From: Deltaproteobacteria bacterium
Lineage (GTDB): Bacteria > Myxococcota_A > UBA9160 > SMWR01
Length of the DNA stretch: 64,000 bases
Direction of reading: 5' to 3'
NCBI GenBank assembly: GCA_031405455.1
Contig: JANNIY010000067.1
Coordinates: 14,443 to 78,442 of the forward strand
Shown piece after piece: positions 9,053 to 18,095 of the stretch. A program made the position numbers and the translations under genes. Below the pieces are notes generated by a model. It was not told the DNA's origin. It worked only from the letters and a program-made list of their open reading frames with translations, and did not search any database. Every line of letters begins with the position of its first letter. The stretch's first letter is position 1.

Positions 9053-9955
9053 TCAATCGTTTCCCTCGCCGCGTACGCGCCGTGCAATTTCGCGGATGTG
9101 ATCGGGTGTGGTGCCGCAGCAGCCGCCGACGAGGCGCGCGCCCGCGGCGACCCACAGCTCGGCGCAGGCAGCGAAGGCCTGCGGCGACAGCTCTTCACTG
9201 TGCTGGAAGCCCGTCACCGCGTCGGGGGCGCCCAGGTTCGCGTAGGCGCCGAAGGGCAGCCCCGCGCGAGCGAGATCGCCGAGACAGACAGCGACGTTCG
9301 CGGGCGGCAGGCAGTTGACCAGCAGCGCGGCCGGCCGCAGTGCGCTCACGGCAGCCACTGCTTCTGCGAGCGATTCGCCCGAGAGCAGCGTGGCGCCGCG
9401 CCAGCACACGAAGCTCACGAGCACGGGCAGCCCCGTCGCGCTCGCGGCGCGTACGGCCGCGCGCGCCTCGCGCAGGCTGTTCAGCGTCTCGCACAGAATC
9501 GCATCGACCCCCGCCGCAGCGAGATTCTCGCAATGTTCTGCGTGCTCGCGCGCGAGATCGGCGTCGTCCGGAACGAGATCGGGGCGGTAGCAATCTTCGA
9601 GCGGAGGATCCGAACCGAGAACCCAGGGGCGGCTTCGCGCGCCCCGTGCGGCCTCGCGCGCCAGCTCGACGGCAAGGGCCGTGAGCGACGCCGCCCGCTC
9701 GCCGAGCCCGTGGCGGGCGAGCGTGCGGCGCTGCGTGCGGAAGCTGTTCGCGGTGAGCGCCTCCGCGCCCGCCTCGACGTAATCCCGATGGATGTCGCGG
9801 ATCAGCTCCGGGGAGCGCAGGAGCGCGCCCGCTGACCAGAGAGGCAGCGTCGTGGGAGCGCCACGCCGCTCGAGCTCCGTGCCCGTGGCCCCATCGAGCA
9901 CCAGGGGCGCAGCGCGCTTCAGCCGTTCGCCGAGATTTGCGAGGACCGGCGGCAT
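9053..9955 (-). CDS. Homocysteine S-methyltransferase family protein
   Basis: LDGATGTEL, VNC and GGCCGTTP zinc ligands. Confidence 0.9.
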   Translation of the reverse strand: MPPVLANLGERLKRAAPLVLDGATGTELERRGAPTTLPLWSAGALLRSPELIRDIHRDYVEAGAEALTANSFRTQRRTLARHGLGERAASLTALAVELAREAARGARSRPWVLGSDPPLEDCYRPDLVPDDADLAREHAEHCENLAAAGVDAILCETLNSLREARAAVRAASATGLPVLVSFVCWRGATLLSGESLAEAVAAVSALRPAALLVNCLPPANVAVCLGDLARAGLPFGAYANLGAPDAVTGFQHSEELSPQAFAACAELWVAAGARLVGGCCGTTPDHIREIARRVRGEGND

Positions 9956-9978
9956 GTCCTGGTTATACTCCTGCGCTC

Positions 9979-12597
9979 ATGCCGCCCACCCGATCCGTTG
10001 CGAGCCACACCATTGCGGGTCGCGTGGAGCTGACGCGCCTCGCCGTGCGGGCGGGCGCGGACACGGTAGCCCCGCTGCGCGAGGAGAGCGCGCCGCTGCG
10101 CGCAGGTGCCCAACGGCTGGCGGGCGTCGAGCTGCGAGTCGAGATCGAGACCGGCACGGACGGCGCGTCGTTCGACCTGGTGGTGTGCAATCCCGGCCCG
10201 CGCCCCGTGTTCCTGGGCACGGTCGTGCTGGGTTTTCGTTGGAAGCGGGCGAGCAGCGGTTCGCTGCGTTTCCTGCGGCATGGCTGGCAGTCGTGGTCCG
10301 CGACCGGCGCGCGCGCTTTCGACGACGCCGGCGAGCCCGCGTTTCCCTCCGGGCCGTGGTTGCGCGGCATGCACCATGCGCTGGGCGCGCCGGCGTCCGA
10401 TCGCGCGGGCTGGCACGAGTCGCACCTCGCGCTGGTCGTCGGCGCGTCACCGGTTGGACCCGCGTGTCTGGTCGGCGTGCTCGAGCGCGGCCGCGCCTTC
10501 GGTGTGTTGTATGCGCGTCGTGACGGGGAGGACGTGTTGATCGAGGCCGAGCTCGCCGTCGACGCGAAGCTCGAGCCGGGCGAGGCGCGTCCGCTCGAGC
10601 GCGTTCAGGTTGCGCTCGGTCTCGACGCGAGCGCGCTGCTCGAAGCCTTCGGCGATGCGCACGGGCGGCTCGCGGAAGCGCGCACCGCGCGACCCTTCCT
10701 GGCGGGTTGGTGCAGCTGGTACCACTTCTTCCATGACGTGAGTGAGGCCGATGTGCTGCGCAATCTCGCAGCGCTCGCCGCGGCCCGCGACGAGCTGCGC
10801 ATCGACGTCGTCCAGATCGACGACGGCTACCAACGCGCCATTGGGGACTGGCTCGAGACGAACGCGAAGTTCCCGCGCGGGCTCGCCCCCCTCGCCGCGG
10901 AGATCCGTGCGGCGGGCTTTACGGCAGGTCTCTGGACGGCGCCCTTCTGCGTCGTTTCGGAGAGTCGCTTGTTCGCCGAACACGGCGATTGGCTCCTGCG
11001 CAGCGGCGACGGCCTGCTGCGCGGCCTGTTGCACCCGGCCTGGAGCCGCGACGCGTCCGTGTACGTGCTCGATCCGAGCCGTGTGCAGGTGCGCGAGCAT
11101 CTCGTGTCCGTCTTTCGTTCGCTGCGGGCGCTGGGCTTCGATTACCTGAAACTCGATTTCCTCTACACCGCCGCGATGCAGGCCGACGCCTTCGATGCGG
11201 GTCTCGGGCGCGCGCAGCGCTTGCGCGCCGGGCTCGAGGCCGTGCGCGAGGGCGCGGGCGAGGGGGCCTTCCTGCTCGGTTGCGGCTGTCCGCTCGGTGC
11301 GGCGGTGGGCGTCGTCGACGGCATGCGCATAGGGCCCGACGTCGCTCCGAACTGGCACGCAGAGCCGGGTGTGCGCATTCCCGGGATCGAAGAGACGCTG
11401 CCGTCGACACGCTCGGCCGTGCGCAGCGTGCTCGCGCGCGCCTGGATGCACCGACGCCTCTGGCTGAACGATCCGGATTGTCTGATGGCGCGTCAGCGAG
11501 ATACGAAGCTCTCGCGCGAGGAGGCGCGCAGCCTCGCCATCGCGATCGCGGCGACGGGAGGCATGCTGTTGTTCTCGGACGATTGGGAGTCGCTCGATGC
11601 CGCGGGGCGCGCGCTCGTCCGCGACACGCTCGCCGCGGCCCGCGCCGTCGACGGCATGGGGCTTCCGAGCCTCGTGCGCGCGCCGTCGCTGCTCGCGGGC
11701 GAGTTCGCGAGCACGCTCGTGGCCGTGGATGCCGGGGGAGGAACGCTCGCATTCTTCAATCCCACGGATGCGGCGGCGGAGGCGGTGATCGATCTGCGCG
11801 CATTCGGGCTCGAGCCCGCCACGGCGGCGCCCGAACCGCTGCTTGGTTCAGGCGCGGCGTGGCGGGTTGGCGCGGCGAATCTGTGCGTGTCGCTCGCGCC
11901 GCACGAGAGCGCGCTGTTTCGCGTCCGGCGCAATTTCCCGCTCGCCGTGTTCTGCGATTTCGACGGCACGTTCTCGGTACAGGACGTCGGAGCCACGCTC
12001 GCAAAGATCCACGCAGGCGATCGCCGTCCGGCGGTGTGGGCCCGCTACGAGCGCGGCGAGATCACGGCCTGGGAGTACAATCTCGAAATTCTCGACGGTT
12101 TGCCGCTGTCCGAGGTCGCGCTCGAGGCCTTCCTGCGGACGATCGAACTCGATCCGGGGGCGACTTCGCTGGTCGCCTGGTGCCGCGAGCGAACGGTGCC
12201 ATTCCGCGTGCTCTCGGATGGCTTCGATTACAATCTCAATCGGCTCCAGGCGCTGCACGGAGTCCGCTTCGCCTTCGAAGCGAATCGTCTGCGCTACGAA
12301 GACGGCTGCTGGCGCATCGCGGGCGCCTTTCCAAATCCGCTCTGCGGCTGTGGAACGGGGACTTGCAAGCGTGGACGCATCGAAGCCTTCCGCAGCGATC
12401 ACCCGGGAACCACCACCGTGCACATCGGCAATGGCCGCGTCTCGGATCTGTGTGGCGCGCTCGCCGCGGATCACGCGTTCGCGAAGGATTCGCTCGCGAA
12501 GGAACTCGGCGAACGGGGCGTTCCGTTTCAGCGTTTCGATACGCTCCTCGACGTGATCCCCCGGCTCGAGAGTCTGCTCGCCGAGGTCGGCGGCTGA
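9979..12597 (+). CDS. Alpha-galactosidase (GH36-like) fused to a C-terminal MtnX-like HAD phosphatase
   Basis: GWCSWY, QIDDGYQ, YLKLDF, MRIGPD, NDPDC motifs followed in frame by CDFDGT, LSDG, CKRG, IGNGRVSD. Confidence 0.85.
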   Translation: MPPTRSVASHTIAGRVELTRLAVRAGADTVAPLREESAPLRAGAQRLAGVELRVEIETGTDGASFDLVVCNPGPRPVFLGTVVLGFRWKRASSGSLRFLRHGWQSWSATGARAFDDAGEPAFPSGPWLRGMHHALGAPASDRAGWHESHLALVVGASPVGPACLVGVLERGRAFGVLYARRDGEDVLIEAELAVDAKLEPGEARPLERVQVALGLDASALLEAFGDAHGRLAEARTARPFLAGWCSWYHFFHDVSEADVLRNLAALAAARDELRIDVVQIDDGYQRAIGDWLETNAKFPRGLAPLAAEIRAAGFTAGLWTAPFCVVSESRLFAEHGDWLLRSGDGLLRGLLHPAWSRDASVYVLDPSRVQVREHLVSVFRSLRALGFDYLKLDFLYTAAMQADAFDAGLGRAQRLRAGLEAVREGAGEGAFLLGCGCPLGAAVGVVDGMRIGPDVAPNWHAEPGVRIPGIEETLPSTRSAVRSVLARAWMHRRLWLNDPDCLMARQRDTKLSREEARSLAIAIAATGGMLLFSDDWESLDAAGRALVRDTLAAARAVDGMGLPSLVRAPSLLAGEFASTLVAVDAGGGTLAFFNPTDAAAEAVIDLRAFGLEPATAAPEPLLGSGAAWRVGAANLCVSLAPHESALFRVRRNFPLAVFCDFDGTFSVQDVGATLAKIHAGDRRPAVWARYERGEITAWEYNLEILDGLPLSEVALEAFLRTIELDPGATSLVAWCRERTVPFRVLSDGFDYNLNRLQALHGVRFAFEANRLRYEDGCWRIAGAFPNPLCGCGTGTCKRGRIEAFRSDHPGTTTVHIGNGRVSDLCGALAADHAFAKDSLAKELGERGVPFQRFDTLLDVIPRLESLLAEVGG

Positions 12598-12599
12598 GC

Positions 12600-13970
12600 A
12601 TGGAGAGGCGGCACGGCAGGATCGTGGTGATCGGCGCTGGCATCGCGGGACTCGGCGCGGCCTGGCGTCTATCGCGTCTGGGCTTCGACGTGCGCGTGCT
12701 CGAACGCGCGGCCCATCCCGGCGGCCGAGCGGCGAGCGAAACGATCGAGGGCTTCCGCTTCGAGCCCGCGGGCGCGCTGCTTTCGGGGGCCGATCGCGAG
12801 CTGCTCGCGTGGGTGGACGAGCTCGGCTTGCGCGACGAGCTGCTGCCGCTGCGGCCCGTCGTCCCCGCGCAGGTCGATCGAGGTCGGGTGGGCGCCATCG
12901 ACCCGCGTGGGCTTTTCGGTGTCGCGGCGATCCCCGGGGTCCGACGGCTGCATGCGGCGAGGCTCGTGCGGCTGCCGCGGCTGCTCGCGCGTTACGCCCC
13001 ACTGCTCGCATCGGATGCGCCGGAGCTCGCGGCGCCGCTCGACGACCGCAGCCTGGCGGACTTCGGCACGCTCTATTTCGGTGCCAGCGTCGTCGAGCGT
13101 TGGATGGAGACCTTCATCGGACCGCTGGCGGCTGCTTCGGAAACCAGCCGCGCGCTGTTCTTGCGCCGCTACCAGACCCAGATGAATGTGCTCCAGGGAC
13201 TTCCGCGCGGGACGCTCACCGAGCTCGCCGGGGCGGTGGCGTCGCGTTTGGTGATCCAAACCAGTGTGGATGCGATTTCGGTCGAGCGATCTGCCGCGGG
13301 CGGGCTGCGGGTGCGCGTGCGCGAGCGAGGCAACGAACGGGTGCTCGAGGCCGACGCCGTGGTGGTGGCGACCGGGGCGCCGGAGGCTGCGCTGGTTGCG
13401 GATGCCCTGCTCGCAAGCGGCGAGCGCGAAGCCTTCGCGCGTGTCCGCCATGCGCCTGCGCTGGCGTTCGTGCTCGGGCTGCGCCGGGCGCTGCATCCCC
13501 ATCCACAGTGCATCACGATTCCGAGTTCCGAGGGCGGTCCCCTGCGCCGGGTGGTGCTCGAACCCGGCGTGTCGGGCGGGCGCGTGCCGAGCGGCCGGGG
13601 ACTCGCGCACCTCGACGCGTCCCCCGAGTTCGCCGCTGCCGCCGAGGGTGTTTCCGACGACGTGCTCGCGAAGGAGCTCCAGGAAGGCTTCGAGCAGCTC
13701 TTCGCCGGGGCGCGCGGCGCCACCGAGTGGAGCCGTCTCTATCGCCTGCCGCGCGCGGCGCCGCGCTTCGACGTCGGGCGTTACCGCGAGATCGCGCGCT
13801 TCGAGGGCATTCAGCAGGATCAGCGGCAGCTCGGCCGCAGGCTCTACTTCGCGGGCGATTATCTGATGGATCCATCCTGGAACGGAGCGCTGCTCTCCGG
13901 TCAGCGAGCTGCACGCGCTGCGCACGCGGATCTCAGCGGGCGGGCACCGGCTCGAGACACGCGATCGTGA
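12600..13970 (+). CDS. FAD-dependent oxidoreductase (protoporphyrinogen oxidase/amine oxidase-like)
   Basis: VVIGAGIAGL, GGRA, FAGDY...GALLSG; ATG two bases after the upstream stop. Confidence 0.85.
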   Translation: MERRHGRIVVIGAGIAGLGAAWRLSRLGFDVRVLERAAHPGGRAASETIEGFRFEPAGALLSGADRELLAWVDELGLRDELLPLRPVVPAQVDRGRVGAIDPRGLFGVAAIPGVRRLHAARLVRLPRLLARYAPLLASDAPELAAPLDDRSLADFGTLYFGASVVERWMETFIGPLAAASETSRALFLRRYQTQMNVLQGLPRGTLTELAGAVASRLVIQTSVDAISVERSAAGGLRVRVRERGNERVLEADAVVVATGAPEAALVADALLASGEREAFARVRHAPALAFVLGLRRALHPHPQCITIPSSEGGPLRRVVLEPGVSGGRVPSGRGLAHLDASPEFAAAAEGVSDDVLAKELQEGFEQLFAGARGATEWSRLYRLPRAAPRFDVGRYREIARFEGIQQDQRQLGRRLYFAGDYLMDPSWNGALLSGQRAARAAHADLSGRAPARDTRS

Positions 13971-16356
13971 CGCCCTCGCCTCCCTCGCCGGGGCCACCGG
14001 GCTCGAAGCGATCGACGTAGGGAGATTCTCGCAGGTGCCGCCGCACGGCATCGCGCAAGGCGCCGGTCCCGATGCCGTGGATGATGGCGAGGCGCGCGCG
14101 GCCCTGCGCGGCGGCGCGGTCGAGCGCTTCGGCGAGGCGCGCCAGCGCTTCGTCCACGCGCTGGCCGCGCAGATCGCAGCGCTGGGAGGCATCGTCGCGC
14201 TCATCGGCCAGGCGCGTGAGAGTGTCTTTGTGGAGGGTGGCGGGCTTCGCGGCCACGGACGCTGCAGCGGGCGTGGCGCCGACGAGCTCCATGGCGACGA
14301 CCACGCGGGCGCTTCCGAGCCCGATGCGGACACGGCCGCGCGGATCGGGTAGCGAGAGCAGGCGTCCCTTGCCGCCGCCGCGAACCGCGACGGTGTCTCC
14401 GATACGCGCATGCCGCCAGTCGAGTTGCATCAGCGCGGGGCCCGCTTCCGCCGGGATGCCGATTTCGCGATCGGCCTCGCGCCGCTCGGCCGCCCATTCG
14501 GAGAGACGCTGCTGCGCACGCGTGGCGTCCTGCGCAGACCCCCCGCTCTGGAGCTCGCGCACGATCGCGGCGACCTGCGCCCGCGCCTCGCGAAAGCCGC
14601 GCTCGAGATCCTCGCGCATGGAGTGGTAGAGCGTCTCGCGGCGTTCCTGGAGCGCGGCGAGCTTGGCCTCGTAGTCGGCGCGCACCCCCTCGCTCGCGGC
14701 TCGCGAACGCACGGCCTCCTGCTGTTCGTGATCGAGCGCCGCCCGGCTCGCCGTCAGCTCCGAGAGCATGCGGTCGAGCCGGCGGTCGTCGCGGTCGAGC
14801 AGCTGGTTCGCGCGCGCGAGGACGTGCGGGTGCAACCCCATGCGGGCGGCCACCGCCAGCGCCGAGGACGCACCGGGGTGTCCGACGTGCAGTCGGTAGG
14901 TGGGTACGAGGGTTTCGGGGTCGAACTCGAAGCTCGCATTGGCGAAGCGGTCGTCGACCTCGGCCATCTCCTTCAACAGGTTGTAGTGCGTGGTCGCGAT
15001 CACGCGCGCGCCGCGATCGGCGAGTGCTTCGAGGCAGGCCTGTGCGACCGCGGCGCCCTCGCCGGGGTCGGTGCCGGTGCCGAGCTCGTCGAGCACCACG
15101 AGCGAGCGCGGGCTGGCGGCGTCGACGATGCGCGCGAGATTCGCCATGTGCGCAGAGAAGGTCGAAAGGCTTTCGCGGATGTCCTGCTCGTCGCCAATGT
15201 CGGCGAGCACGGCGTCGAACCAATCGACCCGCGAGCCGGATTCCGCGGGCACGAACAAGCCCGCCCGCACGCAGAGCGCTGCCAGCGCGACGGACTTGAG
15301 GGCGACCGTCTTGCCCCCGGCGTTGGGTCCGGAGAGCACGAGCACGTGGTAACCCTCGCCGAGACTCACGTCGTTCGCGACGGCCTCGTCGGCGGGGAGC
15401 AGCGGGTGGCGCAGCGCATGCGCGCGGACGACGCCTTCGTTCCCGACCTCGGGGCGTGTCGCGCGCATCGTCTGGGCGAGCGCAGCGCGCGCAAACGCGA
15501 GATCGACGCCGACGAGCGCCGTGATTCCGGTCTCGATCGCGTCGGCCGCGTCCCCGACCGCGCGCGAGAGCTGCGCGAGCACCCGCAAAGTCTCGCGCTG
15601 GGCGCTGAGCCCCGCCTGCTTCAGGCGGTTGTTGAGCTCGACGATCGCCTCGGGCTCGATGTACACGGTCGTCCCGGAGCGCGAGGCGTCGTGCAGGATG
15701 CCGCGCACGGCGCCCTTCGCCTCGACGCGCACGGGAAGTACGTAGCGATCGTTGCGCAGCGTGAAGTACGCATCCGAGAGACGCGCGAGCATGTCGGGAT
15801 CCTGAAGCGTTCGCGCCAGCTGCTGCTGGATTTCGGCCGCGAGATTCCGGCTCGCCTGGCGCGCGTGCGCGAGTTCCGGCGAAGCCGCGTCGCGCACCTC
15901 GCCGGAAGGCTCGAGCGCGGCGTCGATCCCGCGCTCGAGCGCCGACTGCTCCTGCACCGCGGCTGCGAACGCTGCGAGGCAGGGCGCCTGTTCACCGCGC
16001 GCGCTGCAAAAGGCGGCCGTCTCGCGCAGCGCGCCGAGCGTGCCGAGCAATTCGCGCAGCGCCTCGCCCGCCAGCGTTCCGCCCTTGCGGGCGCGGGCGA
16101 GCAGCCCCGAAACCTCACGGATGCCCGCCAGCGGCGGCACGTCGCCCGCGGAGAGGATCGCGAGGGCCTCTGCCGTCTCCGCGTGGCGCACGCGAACTGC
16201 TTCGAGGCTCGCCTGAAAGCCGGCGGCGACGTCGGTTGGGGCCGACGGCGCGAGCGCCGCGCGCCCCCGTGGCGTGCGGGCGGCGTCCGCGAGGCGCTCT
16301 GCAATGCGAGGCCATTCGAGCCTTTCCAGCGTCTTTTGCGTGATACTGGTGTCCAA
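13933..16356 (-). CDS. mutS2: Endonuclease/ATPase MutS2
   Basis: LERLEW, SGPNAGGKT, SLSTFSAHM, DELGTGTDP, TTHY, Smr domain (DLRG, IIHGIGTG); start uncertain (TTG 16356 or ATG further upstream). Confidence 0.95.
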   Translation of the reverse strand: MDTSITQKTLERLEWPRIAERLADAARTPRGRAALAPSAPTDVAAGFQASLEAVRVRHAETAEALAILSAGDVPPLAGIREVSGLLARARKGGTLAGEALRELLGTLGALRETAAFCSARGEQAPCLAAFAAAVQEQSALERGIDAALEPSGEVRDAASPELAHARQASRNLAAEIQQQLARTLQDPDMLARLSDAYFTLRNDRYVLPVRVEAKGAVRGILHDASRSGTTVYIEPEAIVELNNRLKQAGLSAQRETLRVLAQLSRAVGDAADAIETGITALVGVDLAFARAALAQTMRATRPEVGNEGVVRAHALRHPLLPADEAVANDVSLGEGYHVLVLSGPNAGGKTVALKSVALAALCVRAGLFVPAESGSRVDWFDAVLADIGDEQDIRESLSTFSAHMANLARIVDAASPRSLVVLDELGTGTDPGEGAAVAQACLEALADRGARVIATTHYNLLKEMAEVDDRFANASFEFDPETLVPTYRLHVGHPGASSALAVAARMGLHPHVLARANQLLDRDDRRLDRMLSELTASRAALDHEQQEAVRSRAASEGVRADYEAKLAALQERRETLYHSMREDLERGFREARAQVAAIVRELQSGGSAQDATRAQQRLSEWAAERREADREIGIPAEAGPALMQLDWRHARIGDTVAVRGGGKGRLLSLPDPRGRVRIGLGSARVVVAMELVGATPAAASVAAKPATLHKDTLTRLADERDDASQRCDLRGQRVDEALARLAEALDRAAAQGRARLAIIHGIGTGALRDAVRRHLRESPYVDRFEPGGPGEGGEGVTIACLEPVPAR

Positions 16357-16423
16357 GCTTCCGCCGCGCGCGCCGGCCGGTCGGGGGTTCATTCCCGCTT
16401 GCCGGTGGCCGAAATGGGATGTC

Positions 16424-17242
16424 ATGCCGGATCAGGGCTCTACCGAGGCCGTCCTCGAATCGACGCGTTCGCTCGACCGCTGGAGCGTGGAGGAGATCCT
16501 CGCCGCAATCCACCGCGAGGACCAACATGCCTGGGAGGCCGTGGGTCGTGTGCTGCCCGCGATCGAACGGGCGGTCGACGTATTGGTGTGCGTGCTCGGC
16601 GGGGGTGGCCGTTGGTTCAACGTCGGCGCCGGCACCAGCGGTCGCATGGGCGCACTCGATGCCGCCGAGATTCCCCCGACCTTCGGGCTGCCTCCGGACC
16701 GCGTGCAGATGATCATCGCCGGCGGGGAGCGGGCGTTGCAGCGCGCGATCGAGGGCGCCGAGGACAACCCGGAGGCCGCCGCCTGGGAACTGCGCGAACG
16801 CGGGCTCGGGCCCGGCGACGCCGTGGTCGCCATCTCGGCCAGCGGCTACACGCCGTTCACGCTCGGGAGCCTGATCGAGGCGCACGCGATGGGTGCGCGC
16901 ACGATCGCCATCACCTGCGATCCCGGATCGCCTCTCGCCGAAGCCGCCGAGATTGCCATCGTGCCGCAGGTGGGCGCCGAAGTGATCGCGGGCTCGACTC
17001 GCATGAAGGGCGGCCTCGCGCAGAAGATGGTGCTGCATTCGCTCTCCACCGCCGTGATGGTGCGCCTCGGCCTGGTCGACGGGAACCTGATGACGAACCT
17101 CGCGACCAACTCCGACAAGCTGCGCCAGCGCGCGCTGCGGATCGTGATGGCGCTCTCGCACTGCGACGAGCAACGCGCCGCGGAATTGCTCGCGGCCAGC
17201 GACGGCAACGTCAGCGATGCCGTTGCGCGCGCCAAGCCCTAG
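16424..17242 (+). CDS. murQ: N-acetylmuramic acid 6-phosphate etherase
   Basis: GAGTSGR, EIPPTFG, EGAED, GSTRMKGG, KLRQRA motifs. Confidence 0.92.
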   Translation: MPDQGSTEAVLESTRSLDRWSVEEILAAIHREDQHAWEAVGRVLPAIERAVDVLVCVLGGGGRWFNVGAGTSGRMGALDAAEIPPTFGLPPDRVQMIIAGGERALQRAIEGAEDNPEAAAWELRERGLGPGDAVVAISASGYTPFTLGSLIEAHAMGARTIAITCDPGSPLAEAAEIAIVPQVGAEVIAGSTRMKGGLAQKMVLHSLSTAVMVRLGLVDGNLMTNLATNSDKLRQRALRIVMALSHCDEQRAAELLAASDGNVSDAVARAKP

Positions 17243-17298
17243 CGGTCGATCTCAAGAGCGGCCCCGTCTCGCAGCGGGAACGGCAGCCGATGTGGCCG

Positions 17299-18039
17299 TT
17301 ACCGCAAGAGACCCGCCGCGGCTTTCCGGGTGTCGCCGCTCAGCCAGGAGTGCAGCAGCGGATCCGTGCCGGCGGCGACGGCTGGCTCGATGGCGGCGAG
17401 GGTCTCCGCGCGCAGTTGTCGTTTGATCTGTCCGTACGCGGTTGCGGGCAGGCTGGCGAGATCGCGCGCGACTTCCAGGGCGCGGGAAAGCACGCGATCG
17501 CGTGGCTGAAGCTCGTCGAGAATGCCGTCGGCGAGCGCTTCCTGACTCGAGCTGTTGCGGGCGATCAAGCTGCGTCGCCGCGCCACGGCCGGGCTCAGTT
17601 CGGCCTTGACCAGCGCCATCGCCGCTTGTGGAAACGGAATGCCCGCGCGTGCTTCGGTCAACCCGATCTGACACGGATCGGTGGAGCCAATGCGATAGTC
17701 GCATGCGAGCACGACGACCAGACCACCGGCGATGGCGTGCCCGTTGACCGCGGCGACGGTGGGAAGCGGCAGCGCGTAGAGCGTCGCCAGCAAGCGGCTG
17801 ACGCCGAGCACCATTTCCTGCTGATCCGCCGACGAGTACGCGGGCACGGCCTTCAGATCGAGACCGGCACAGAAGGCCCTCCCCGCGCCCGTCACGATCA
17901 GCGCTTGCATGTCCCGCCGCCTGGCGATGTCGCGCAACGCCGAATCCACGGCGCGTAACAGCTCGAGGTTGATGGCATTCACCGGCGGGCGGTTGAGACG
18001 CAACGTCGCGATGCGATCCTGGATTTCGATGTCGAGCAT
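17299..18039 (-). CDS. Enoyl-CoA hydratase/isomerase family protein
   Basis: LNRPPVNA, FCAGLDL, VNGHAIAGG, IGLTE. Confidence 0.9.
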   Translation of the reverse strand: MLDIEIQDRIATLRLNRPPVNAINLELLRAVDSALRDIARRRDMQALIVTGAGRAFCAGLDLKAVPAYSSADQQEMVLGVSRLLATLYALPLPTVAAVNGHAIAGGLVVVLACDYRIGSTDPCQIGLTEARAGIPFPQAAMALVKAELSPAVARRRSLIARNSSSQEALADGILDELQPRDRVLSRALEVARDLASLPATAYGQIKRQLRAETLAAIEPAVAAGTDPLLHSWLSGDTRKAAAGLLR

Positions 18040-18095
18040 GGCAGACGCTTCCTCGCTCGCCCGCGGGCGGGTTTCATGAGTGGAGTGCTGTCGGG

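Noticed and set aside
10989-12599. Upstream extension of the FAD oxidoreductase (likewise gatB from 61519)
   Set aside because: Off-frame overlap with the preceding gene; motif-bearing sequence begins at 12600 (62185 for gatB)
14410-17958. 1182-aa plus-strand ORF, and similar long ORFs such as 26415-29273, 33935-37114 and 41438-44173
   Set aside because: Antisense or off-frame shadows of well-supported genes; Arg/Ala/Pro-rich with no motifs, as expected in high-GC DNA
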